Assembly (NCBI GenBank): GCA_976226885.1
Contig: OZ320320.1
Location: 57,908,001-57,972,000 of the forward strand
Reading direction: 5' to 3'
DNA from: Iphione sp. A-MEVVRFRX5
Taxonomy: Eukaryota
Length of the DNA: 64,000 bases
Shown here: positions 47,350 to 59,600 of the stretch, in pieces
Position numbering within the stretch: position 1 is the first letter of the stretch
Layout: the number at the start of each line of letters is the position of its first letter
Notes under the pieces: generated by a model
What the model saw: only the letters and a program-made list of their open reading frames with translations
What the model was told of the DNA's origin: nothing
Databases searched by the model: none
Program-made: the position numbers and the translations under genes

Positions 47350-49862
47350 CACACCTGTTGCCNNNNNNNNNNNNNNNNNNNNNNNNNNNNNNNNNNNNNN
47401 NNNNNNNNNNNNNNNNNNNNNNNNNNNNNNNNNNNNNNNNNNNNNNNNNNNNNNNNNNNNNNNNNNNNNNNNNNNNNNNNNNNNNNNNNNNNNNNNNNNN
47501 NNNNNNNNNNNTAGAGAAACAGAGAGAGACGGGGGTGAGAGGGACAGGCGGACACACAAATTACTCCAGACTTTCTCCTTTAAGTAAGATTTTTTATAGA
47601 ATAGGCGAATGGACAAACTGGTGGCGTAGATAACAGGGCCTAAAAAATTCAAAGGAAAACCTTTCTGATTCCTCACTGAATCCATTGCCTTGCCTTTGAA
47701 TAACGTTACGTATTGTGAAGTCTCCGTTGGTCTAGGTTTTGTAAGATGGCAGATTCTATACATTGATAGAGGAGGGGCAAGGAAAATCTTCCAGACATAC
47801 AGTGGTAACTTTTTTTTTATATTTCAGACATATACGTCCTGATGTTTACCTCTTTGTCCTTCATTTGTGGAGGGTCTTTGAGTACATTGTTGCACGTGTT
47901 AGATAAACTAGATGATGGCAAACTATCAACAAAAAAGACCCTAGGGAAAACAACCAGATGAGTTCGAACCACGCAAGTACTGCTCGGTTCGTAGTTCTGC
48001 TTTATCAGTACAGCTGCTGCACCGACCCGAGTAAAGCGGTGGTGATTGGTACACTACACATAAAATATTCAAGGAAGTAGCGGGATATTTTCAAAATAAA
48101 ACTCAGGAGTTTTTTAAGAGCATGGTTTCATTTTTAAACAATGGATTTATGGGAAACACATAAAAGACTGAACATATAAAGTAAATTTCGGATTAACGTG
48201 TGTGACATCGTTGTTTGCAGAAATATTATGAGAGGAAGGGAAAGTGGTTTTCTAGAAAAAAAAAGGAGATGGGTAAAATTTGTTGGACTAACATGATCAA
48301 AAACAAGGGGAAAATCTGACATAAATATTAACCTGGATAGAGAGCAGAAAGAAACGAAACAGGAGCAGTTTGGCAGGAACCGGGAGAGATGGGTGCAGTG
48401 TATCCATGGTCTGCTAGGATACATTAGATCAGTGACATGACCCAGCAGTATACTAAGGAGTCGGCGGTTGCTAAATGGTCCTTGGTCAGTAATCGTCATT
48501 AGTCAGTATTCAGATAGTTAACTCGCACGTTTATCTTTAAACATTTAGGGGGTACCATTTCCTTGTCGTTGTTCACCATTGCTCAGCTCTTGAATCCGAC
48601 ATAGTGGCCAGATGCGAAAGAAGTACAGCTTAACCACGAACTTGTTTTAAAGGACCTTTTTATTCTTTGCGAAGAAATATAAAATTCACAAATGTTAACA
48701 TTCCCTTCATCTCGACTAAAATTGTTAAGAGCCTTATGTGATGGCAGAGTGTCAGTGGACAGGTTCACTTCATGATATCGTAGACTTTTAGTACACCATT
48801 CATCCAAGATGGCGAGATTCATGCGGCACTCTGTTGGTGGTAGAAGTAGAGGTGACCTTGCTCGACCAGCACCAGGGGCTGGCTGCTAGAGTTAGACGCC
48901 GCTGTGCCACTTTAGTTTCCTATGTGACAGGTCAAGTGATTGAGTGCCAGCAAATTAGTTTATGACTGTCTCTTAATTAGTTTATAAATATCCCTAATTG
49001 ATTTACGGGTAATTAAGAAATACATAGTGTTTAGTTCAGTTGGAGTACAGATTTAGGTCTTTGGCATCAAGCCAAGTCTGCGTCATAATAATTGTAAAAG
49101 CGTGTAAGGTTATAGACGCATAATATGACAGTATTATCTTGAATATCAGATAATCATATTTTCTGTATCAATTGCATGCAGAGGCTTTCGACTTACGTTA
49201 GAGGGCAAGGTCAGAGTACCATAGCGACCGATCAGAGAGACATGGACATTGCTGGGTTTGCAGTACGTATGAAATCCAGATTAAGTCGAAAGTTCAGCGC
49301 CAGATGGAGTTATAAATAAAGCTCTTTGTGAGTGCAATGTGGTGGATTTTAGGCTATTTGCGTGATCAAATTCCGCAGATTAGATACAGATTGACTCGAC
49401 ACTATGAAGGATCGTTTGCACATTGGGCATTTCAACAAAAAGTAGGCATGTTCCCTTTTCAGAAAACGATGGTAAACAAAATACATGGTCGTATTCAAGT
49501 CTGTTTTATATGGTGGATTCAATACCTGTCACTCAGAGAAATGAGCAATTGATATTTGAAAATACGTCTGAGATCTTTTTAATAAGATACAATTAGTAAA
49601 CTTAAGTAAACGGTGGGAATGTAAACATTTCCAATTCAGCTTGACCGAATTCTTGTATTTCAGCGGCATAGAGTTCCAAGATTTAATGCCTCTGCAGATA
49701 AACGAGTTCCTATAAAGATCAGGCGAGGTTTCTTATTTTCTACTTGCTCAGTTTTCATTTACTTGGTATAGTCTGTATAAAAAATAACTTGAAATAATCT
49801 GATAATGCCATTACATGTTATGAACGCAAACTCCAAAGGGAAAAAAGACAGGGTAAGGTGAT

Positions 49863-50024
49863 TCCATGTGTGCATAACCAGGACAGTAGACACATAGGCC
49901 CCTAGAGGGGCAACAGAGAACTAATTTTGTACACAACGGACCCGGTCTGGGTCCGGGAAAACTGGTACCTACTCAATTTTGCACACTGACCTGAATCCGG
50001 GTCTGTAAAATATGCACACATGGA
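49863..50024. mobile_element. Small MITE-like element (162 bp)
   Basis: Perfect 14-bp terminal inverted repeat TCCATGTGTGCATA (49863-49876) / TATGCACACATGGA (50011-50024); no clear TSD. Confidence 0.45.
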
Positions 50025-53000
50025 TTAGGGTACGTGTACATTGAAATACAGTGTGTCTGGACTTCCTTCAGTCCGGGAGACGGATCCATGTGGATAAACT
50101 TCAAATACATGGAAACAGCCCCTCAGGGTGATGAATTTGTAAAGCAGCGGGGATAACAAGAGAGTTGTAATATCAACACTTGGCTTATCTTCTACTCCTT
50201 GTCTCAGCATTGTACATACTTTTATTTAAATACCAAGGTCTTATGGTTAATTCTCATATAAACGCCTGGGGTTTTAGACGACCATCTTTGGTTGTGACTT
50301 CTGTTGTCACTCCACGACTGGTTCGCCACGCACAGCAGTGACTCGTGAACGTGGCTTATCTGGCTGGTTATATGTTGAAGTCTGCGCTTATCAGGGGCCC
50401 TGTCTTACACACCGCGAGAGTGTCTGTTGTTGTCCATCCAAGCTCATCATCTCTCCCACATCGGTGCTGTATGTAACAGATATGAGGTGGGCAGGAGGCA
50501 ATGCTATCAGTCTCCCGCCCACCCACCTATCCCAAACAAGCCCCTTGCCGACGTCATGCACCCTTCTCCCACATGGCAGGGGCTGCCGCAAGGAGCGTGT
50601 GCTCCAAGTGGCGGTAGTGCTTGTTAACCCGACCAGTTTACCAACAGCCCAGGGTGTGGGTGGGTGTGCTTCTTTCGGTCTGGGTCCGCTCCACCTCACT
50701 CTCACCTCTCTCCAGTATTTCTCTCTTAGTACGTATCTTCTTGTTTGTAGGTCGTCCCTCTCTCCTAAGTCATTGACTGACGCATCCTCACAAATTTTGT
50801 AGCACAGCGCGTGCAAAGACGCGCGCGCGCACACACATAGACACACACACACACACACACACTATCTCTCCTGCTCACTCTCTACTCTCCCCCTTCCCGC
50901 CCACTTTTTGAACATTTCCAAAGGAACAACTGCATCAAGTGCCAAAGTCTTATTGTCTGGAGGTGCACTTTGGATCATAATCGCAAACAAGACATGCTTG
51001 GCGGTATGAACAAAGATGAAGCCACGCTAACACATTTCCATAGACAAAAAGGAGAGGTGGAGACAGAGTCAGACAAAGAGAAAGATCTCAGATGGATAAT
51101 GCAAAGACAAAATATGGACATTAGTATACACGAACACACATGCATGTGTACACACAGCATCAGACAGACAATTAGACCACCGTCCGTTACCACACTGTCC
51201 CTCTTCACGGCCTGCTCCGTACAGAAAGGCTGCCAGTTCGGTGATTGGCTCGCGTCCAGCTGATAATCTGCATGGAACCGGAGAGCGGAACAAAATATAC
51301 GGAGCCTCGATGGGAGATCGTGATTTGTTTTAAAGATGTCGATTAATTTTGAGAAAGTGTTGCTGTAAGATGTAGAAATAACGTTTTTTTTTAAACGGCA
51401 GATTAGTAGAGGCAGCCAAGCAAGCGTGTGGCGAATACTTCTTAAAGGAGCAGCCGATTGGTCACCCAACGAACAGCGCAACAGGGCAAACGTCCATGAC
51501 TCTTGGACGAGGGATAGGGCCCGGGACATGGATAGGGACAGGGTAGGGACGAGGTTAGGCCGAGGGTGAGGTGTAGGCGTGAGACACAAGACACCTATGT
51601 AGGGTAAAGGATAGGAATACAAGTACATGTACAGTATAGTTGCCGAGAAGTCGACCTTGGCATGATATCTCATTCTCGTTCACGCCCTAATTATACCTCT
51701 TGGTCGCCGTTTCTGTTCAGAAATGCTTCTAGAGCCTGGCAGTTGTATTAACATAGCACTGAAAGATTTTGTTTTTGTGAATGTCGCAGATTTTGGTCAC
51801 TTTAAAGTTACTTCTATTTAGCAGCCCAAGTTCTGGTCTGGTTATAAAACGGCGTTTGTAACTGATATAAATAACACATGGGGGATAGACAAACAGAATG
51901 TAAGACGAAGACACAGAGAAATAAGCCTGTCAGGAAAATTGAAAAGAAAGTAAGAAACATTCAGAAAGAGGGAGAAAGCAAAAGAAAAGAGTGGATGGCA
52001 AGGGAAGTGGAGCAGAGAGAGAAGTAGAGAGAGATTAAAATAGAATCGATCCTCGTGGCAGGAGAGACGAGGGAGGGAGCTAACTGGGGAAAGGACCAAA
52101 TGCCCTCGGCCACCCGCTGGTGCTTGGCGTTCTGTGTCTGGACCGACCACCACCCGTAGTAACCAGCGCCGAGTTTTAGATGCCCGTACACGGGTCTTTG
52201 CGTGTGGTCGGTCGGTAGAGGTAAGGGTGAAAAAAAGGAGAGAAAAAAATCGCACAAGTGTAACTTTATTTTCTACTCATGTCACCCTCCAACGGTGACC
52301 TATATAGCCTAAGATGACATTTGTGTTCACTTTCTGAACTAAATAACATTTATTCCAATTGTATGCAAGCAAGAACATTGTGAGGGGGTACAGACTGTAC
52401 ACTTTTTCTCAATTATATCAGCTCTTGAAATCTTCCCTGCGAATCTGTCGCCTTTTCGTCGACCAGCTAGACTCTCTCTAATACTGAATATTTTCCTTTG
52501 CCCCCCTCCCCCAAGTCGGACTGCGTGGGCGGTGTTTCTGGTCATTGAACCGGAAACACTGACCACTTCCGGTCAGCAGTAGCCGCGAGTAGAGTTTTGG
52601 GTGGCGGTCGTTGTGGTGTATGGTAATTAGGTTTGTGGGGGGAAAGGGGTGGATGGACCTGAATGGCTTAGTGGAGCCCACCAGCTTGTTCACCCGATAC
52701 AAACACACATACACACACGTATCTACACATGTCATTTATACATACACCCACATGCACATTGAATCTGTGTGAATATAAGTGGATGTCTGGATGGGTTCAC
52801 CTGTCTGGCTGTATGCCTGTTTGTCTGTGGTCTGACTCTTTTAGCGCCTCCCATACATACACAACATTGTACAGATACAGACGAACCCGAACATGTTTAC
52901 ATTATGTGTATATCCTTCATTATTTCCGACCCTGTAGCGCCATGTCTCTTTCCTCTCAGCCGCCATCAAGTAATGCAGTCCCTTTGTCCACTCCTCCAGT

Positions 53001-54898
53001 CCACCCAACTTTAACCCCCAATAGTCAACCCTACCCCTAGTATCTCTAGAATGTTTCTGTACGAGACACCTCTTCATTCTTTCCGGGTATCCTATACCCC
53101 ACCCACGCACCTCTATGGATAGCTAAACGGCCTGTGGCCACCAGAATTATATTTATAACTTAGCCTGGCCCGGTCGCATTTTAATTCTTGGTGAATTTCT
53201 GGTCAGAACATATGTCAGTGTGTGTGGGGGGGATCTGTTTTCATTTAAACCTTTGCTGAGGAAATGCGCTCACACATCGTGATTTGATTGTTTTGTCTCG
53301 GCATTTTAAACAGTCTAAACTATGTTGCATCTGTGTCTGTCTATAAATGTTTGTGCTTTGTAGATCCGTATGCGTTTTCTAAATGTATCTGCTTTTATGT
53401 GTGTACGTGGGTGTGTTTATTTGTTCTGGGTGTAGTAGTGGGTCGTAAAGATTTTGCGTTTTGTTTTTTTTAAATAATGAAAGCACATTTATTTAGAGTA
53501 CAGTTAAGATATATGATTATGTATGTTTCCGATGGGAACCGAAGAAAACACATTTACATGACATCTAAGTAACATTTGTTTTTAAATCACAAATCATAAA
53601 TACCCGGCAACACAGGCACACCCATGTACATGTAGAAGTAGGCAAACAGGCGCACATAGACGCACTTGCGTACACACTAGGCGTGTTCAATGACAGTATA
53701 TATATTCAGCTGAGATGTACAAATCAGGAGCGCCCAGACAACAAAGACTCCCACCCGGTAGCTAGTATGGATGGCAGACACTAGAGGGGGATGGGGAATG
53801 ACCCCGCTGTTGGTCTTAGTCTCTTCGTTGCCTGTGTGTGATTGCGTGTACATATATATCCTATTTGTATCCCTACATAATTCCTTTTTCTTTCGACCTC
53901 TGCGTCTCTTTCAGTCACCCTCTCACCTATTTCTGCTTCTGCTCTCGCCCGCTCTAACCTTTAACATCCATTTCCTCTCTCTACTATTCTTGCTCTCTGC
54001 TAATCTCGATTCTCTTTTTTTGCCTGCTGAACCTCTTGAATTCATTTCTCACCCCATGTCCCTATTATTGCGACTCTCCTCTATCTGTCTGTTGTCCTCC
54101 ACATCTCTCTGTCTGTCCCTCTGTCTGTGTCNNNNNNNNNNNNNNNNNNNNNNNNNNNNNNNNNNNNNNNNNNNNNNNNNNNNNNNNNNNNNNNNNNNNN
54201 NNNNNNNNNNNNNNNNNNNNNNNNNNNNNNNNNNNNNNNNNNNNNNNNNNNNNNNNNNNNNNNNNNNNNNNNNNNNNNNNNNNNNNNNNNNNNNNNNNNN
54301 NNNNNCCTCTCTCCTTGTTTACAACACCTTCAAGTATACGCCTCACCCTATTCAGTACCCCTCTCACCTATATGCAGCCACTCTGCGTGACAGCAGCAGG
54401 TTGTCCCTATTCTACCTCCTTCTAACCCCCCCCCCCCCGCCCGTTAACCTTCACTATAGCAATAAGGGGATCCGAGCTTCCCCCTACTTCATATCACCAC
54501 CACCCCTCTCTGTATCAACAGGTGCTTTCCCTCCACTCTTTACCCGTCCACACTCTCTCCCCCTTCACAGTTGAAAGGTAGGGGCTCACCCTCCCGGCCC
54601 CCTCGCCCCCCCCCCCCTCCATAGCTTGTGTACGTTCATTAATACCGCTGGATTTACTCACCAAAGCCTCCTCTTAACCGCCCCTCGTCCTCTCAGGTCA
54701 CGGTCCTGAACTAAAATCCCCTCGCCCCCCCTCCCATCTGCTGATCCCCCGTCCCACTTTGCTGTCATTATCCCAGCACCATTGATGTGTAATGGCCGTG
54801 TGTCAGGTTGTGTAACACGGCGTCTCAGCCTCGAACTAACTCTCCAAACGCCAGAGCGAGGCCGGTAGCATTCTCATGGCAACCGTTCGAAGCTCACC

Positions 54899-55107
54899 TC
54901 ACGTGACCTTGACGATGACGTTATTACGTCACAGTGGCGGACGGGGTGCAAGACGTCACAGTGACGTCAATTAACGCCCTCCATTTTGTTTGGAGAGGGT
55001 GTATAAGCTGTGGGGGTTCTTGTAGGACGGTCTGGCTATTGGTCAAACACTTGAAGGAGTCCCAAATACAGCTCCCCCGGTGCTTCATGAAGAAAGTACT
55101 CAATTAG
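54899..55107 (+). promoter_or_regulatory. Composite E-box/CRE/TATA module followed by a candidate exon (55026-55107)
   Basis: TCACGTGACCTTGA at 54899, TGACG and TTACGTCA half sites, GACGTCAC, TGACGTCA at 54962, TATAAG at 55002; the downstream frame DGLAIGQTLEGVPNTAPPVLHEESTQL ends in phase 1 at TAG|GTAGTT. Confidence 0.4.
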
Positions 55108-56339
55108 GTAGTTACGCATTACTACGTATTACCACCAGTACATTTGGCTTCGTTTTAAACGTTCAGGGGTTGAAGTCCGCCTCAAAGCGCGAAATGACTT
55201 TTAATTGGGACGTATGTGATTCCCACGAGTGCTAGCTGCAATATTATTTTGCTTTGGTTCGTTTGTCAGGGAAATAAATCATTTAACAAGATGTTTTGGT
55301 GCAAGTGTCATCTAAGTTAGGGGAAATGCCCATGGTCAGCGTAGGGAATGACCATGAAATAATTACAAAGTAAACCTTAAATAATGTGGCCCGTGTAACT
55401 GAGATTAGAGTGCAGGGACCGCTTGGAAGACTGGGCTTCACCGGGGACGCCTTATGATTGACCAGCTGTTGAAAATGTTCCACCAAACAACACCCGCCCA
55501 CCCCACCCCGTTAAACCACATCAACATGAAATCTGACTTCGGGACCCTTCAATATGGCCATCCTCACTGTTTGATGTATAAAATCGACGTGTCAAGAGCT
55601 GTTTGGATGTGGTAGGCCACACAGAAGAACATAGCTAGAGAAAACGTCTAACGACAACTCTGATAATGCACCATAAGCGCTAGTTTTTCTATAACCCTTT
55701 CCAGTGAGTACATAAATGTGAGATCATCTGTCTGAACGTCCGGTATTCTCTGCACGCGAGCGATACTCTGGCCTACCCCATTACAGTATTTTTTACTTTT
55801 TACGATGAAGATAATGCGGAGTAGTAGTTAACTCAGATATAAGACTTAACCATGTGCCAAGTTTAAAGCACAGTTATACTTCACGCACCGTTATGGCAGT
55901 TCTCTTTAGTGTTTTTTTTTTACCAGACTAAACACGTGTAAAATCCATGAATAACAGATATGCATCTGTATACACGTATATGTGCATAGTCTTTCTTAGG
56001 TGGTCTTTCCATGTTTATGAAAAAGTCATACTTGGATGCGGGCTGGATAGTGTGGGAACATCCATAGATATGATGATATCATTAACCTTCCAATATGGAC
56101 GTGTATGTTCCTCAGTGCGTAACGGGTGTGTGCAGGGAGATTGGACAACTGTAGATTTACCTACAGAACTCTGTGGGGCGACGTGGGGCCAGACATGAAA
56201 GTATAGGTGCGCATGGTGCCTCTGTGTGCATCACCATTCCTTTTTGTTTCCATACTGCTTCATGCAGCCAAAGGCACAGGGGTGTCTTTTGAAGCTGCGT
56301 TGGTGACAGTGCGTTGGTGTGTATGGATGATGAGAAAAA

Positions 56340-56600
56340 TGATGAAAATGAAAGAATTTGTTGCTGAAAGCCATGAAAACCGGTGAAATCACAAGAAAAA
56401 AACGAAATGGACAAATTTGCCGCCAACAGCCATGAAAATGGGGGAAATGACAAGAAAAATAATTTTAAAGGACTGATCTGCTGCTTAAAGCCATGTAAAT
56501 CAGAAAAAATGATGAGAAGTTCAGAAAAGGGTGAATATATACAGAACTTGTGCTGTAATGTGCTGTAAAGCATGAAAACGGGTCAATTTGAGAGGAAACG
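56340..56600. repeat. Degenerate tandem repeat of ~60-70 bp
   Basis: Four recurrences of tgc...aagccatgaaaa-type motifs followed by gaaatgacaagaaaaa-like segments. Confidence 0.5.
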
Positions 56601-59600
56601 TGCCATTTTGCATTCGTTCATTTTTGCTTGAACGTATTCAGTAATGAATAAACCTAGGTGAACGCAGACACACACAGAAGACACCCTTCATAAAATTGGC
56701 TATGCTCATAAAAAAAAAACTGATGGCAAGGCATCTGGACACATAAGTAAGTGAATCGGGCCTAACCCAGCCCTGCCTTACGGTACACACTTTCTGTATA
56801 CATTGAGAGACGTCTTAGACGGACTGGCCATAGGTGGAATTTCCATCACTCAGGGACGTCTACAATGCTTAACCAACGAAATAGGTCATATTTATATTTA
56901 TTTTCTGAGCAAACCCAACAAAACTTCAAAATGATTAGTCTATTGTAAAGTACGGTTAATACCTAATAGGCGCTTTCCAGATTTAATTGATATATACATT
57001 TGTGTTTGACATGATGGAACTTTCCCTCAGAGCATTAACAACGAAATTGTGAAATGTCCAGCTTAATTTCCTAACCTCCATGTATGGATGTACGTACACG
57101 TATGTGCTAACCTACTACATTATGGATCCCTAAATGTTGGAATAAGTTTTGCTGACTCGGCCATTTTTTTAGAAGACGTGCAATATGTAACACGTACATA
57201 TACACCCAAACAGATATAAAGAAACAAAGCCTCACGTATAAGTCTTGTGTTGGTGGTCGTTTCACCACAAAACAGCAATGCTTTTCGTTTCCTCCATCTG
57301 AATTACATGTACTACCTCATTACGAGGAATTTACCCTGCAAGGTTTTCCTTATTTCCCATATTTCTTTTTTCACCTGGTATCCTCTGCATGATGTTGTCT
57401 ACTGACTGCAGGTAAATCATATAGCGGGTTCAGAGGCCAACTGGTGCTAAGCAGACTTGACGAGTCGAACTGCACAGTACTCATGTTAATTGGCCTCCTA
57501 CGTCACAGGTGGTCGAGTGACATCATATTCCCGGATCCCAGCGTACAATTAAGACGCTAATGAGACGCTATTAACCTGGATGGTTCTTCTTACCTTTCAA
57601 TGATATATCACCACTTTGGCATTGATGTAAGGTGGTGTTTGTTTGTCTGTTTTTTTTAAACATCCCCTTACTCAGACTGACTTTATGTCGTTCACCTCTT
57701 TCTGTTGGCAGCACATGTAATAAATGTAGGCTTTTATTACCTCCTTACCCTGTCCTCATGCATCCACCTACCTCCTCATTCTGTTCTTGCTGCTGTTGTC
57801 GTCGCCCATCTTCATCCTCCTTCTTTGTTGATATTTCTGTCCTTACTTATCTATTCTTGTTGTAAGTGGTGTATTCTTTCTCTGCCCCTGTCGTATCGCC
57901 CATCATTGCCCTTGTTACGAATCCAATCAGGTTGTGACTCCTTCAATGGATCTTCCGATGCCTTTGGTTTTTGTTGCTGGTGTTCCTATGTTCCTCTGCT
58001 GAAATGCATCCCTACTCTCATCGACGTGTTCAACTACATGTATATATATGAGTGATGTAATGCACCTTACCATTTTATTTTCTGCTCCTTTCCATCTTCT
58101 TCGTTCATAAGATATTGTTTCTACATCCAACGTACTTAACTCTGATCGCTAGTATTATGTACCTTCTTTTTTGCATGCATTTGTTTATTTTCTGGTTGTT
58201 TACTATTGCATATTGTGTTACTAACCCTTTTTCCCCTTGTTCCGTTGGCGACCAAGCTATTTTTCTCAAACATCTTCACGTTCCAGATATGTTGTTGTTC
58301 CCTTCTTTCTACCACTTCTTCACGACCCTTTTCTCTCGTGTTTACCTTCCAAACCAAGTCATTCGTCCTATTTTGCACCTCTTTCTTGTTTTTTAACGTC
58401 TCATTTGTCCTCTGCCTTCATCCGTCATGTTATTTCCATCACCCTCCATTCAGATTGTTGTTCGTCGCAACCTCTTCATATGCAGGAAAGCCTGTGAGAT
58501 ATCTCGAACAAAGACCTTTTTTTTGGAAAGAACTGAATGTGTTTTCTGTGTGCGTTTACATGTGTAATGCCTGGAGAAGGGACATCAAGTAGGCNNNNNN
58601 NNNNNNNNNNNNNNNNNNNNNNNNNNNNNNNNNNNNNNNNNNNNNNNNNNNNNNNNNNNNNNNNNNNNNNNNNNNNNNNNNNNNNNNNNNNNNNNNNNNN
58701 NNNNNNNNNNNNNNNNNNNNNNNNNNNNNNNNNNNNNNNNNNNNNNNNNNNNNNNNNTACCATGCAAAGTTGTACACATGAACATGGTCCTCTACCCCGT
58801 TTTTCGGCATGTCTCACTGATAATTGATTGTGGGCCAGATGCTCTATATATCTGTGAGCGGATAGAATGAAATAAGTCTGATAAGATAAGAACTACGACT
58901 GGTACATTATCTGGAGACTCCGAACGATTAAATCATCGGCTCTACACATCCTCCACACGGGTCATGACACCGCTGACAGAGACTACCATGGTCTTTTCCT
59001 TTTTTTTCTCTTTTGGCCCACCGAAGCTCTCGTTCTCTACCTGTCCTACCAGGTTCCTACCTTTTTTCTGAATGTGTCTACCTGACTCTCCTACTCGTCT
59101 TTCTCTTTATAGTCTGTCTGTCACGGTCTCCCAGACCGGTGCCCCGGTGGAGTGATATGGCCGCTAATGCTTTGTTCTAAGACTGCCGGTTGGTTGCCCA
59201 AAGGTTCCCAAAGGCTAAATGATGACAGACGGCGCTACTGATTGGTCAGTCACACTTTAGTTTCATGTCCATCTCTTCCTATCAGAAGTCTCTTCTTGGT
59301 CGGCCATATTTTCATGGCTTCTCTGACTGTACATGCCTAGCAAAAGAAACTGAGGCGAAAATCTGTTTAGTGTAAGATAAATGATTAAACAACGCAGTTT
59401 TTGTACACAAATAGACACGTTGGCTGTAGATGTATAACAAATCTGTTCTCATTCAAAATGGCCATGAACCATTGAAGAAAGAAAGCGCCACCAGAACATA
59501 TTAGTAACGATATGTTCCAAAAAGCCGTTCCAAAATGATGTGTCGGTATATCTACTTCTGATTTTTTCCACCAGGGGGAGTTTGAATCATAGGTTATCTT

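Noticed and set aside
47955-48040. Possible tRNA-like/SINE head on the minus strand (GGTTCGAACTC B-box-like)
   Set aside because: No clear A box or cloverleaf.
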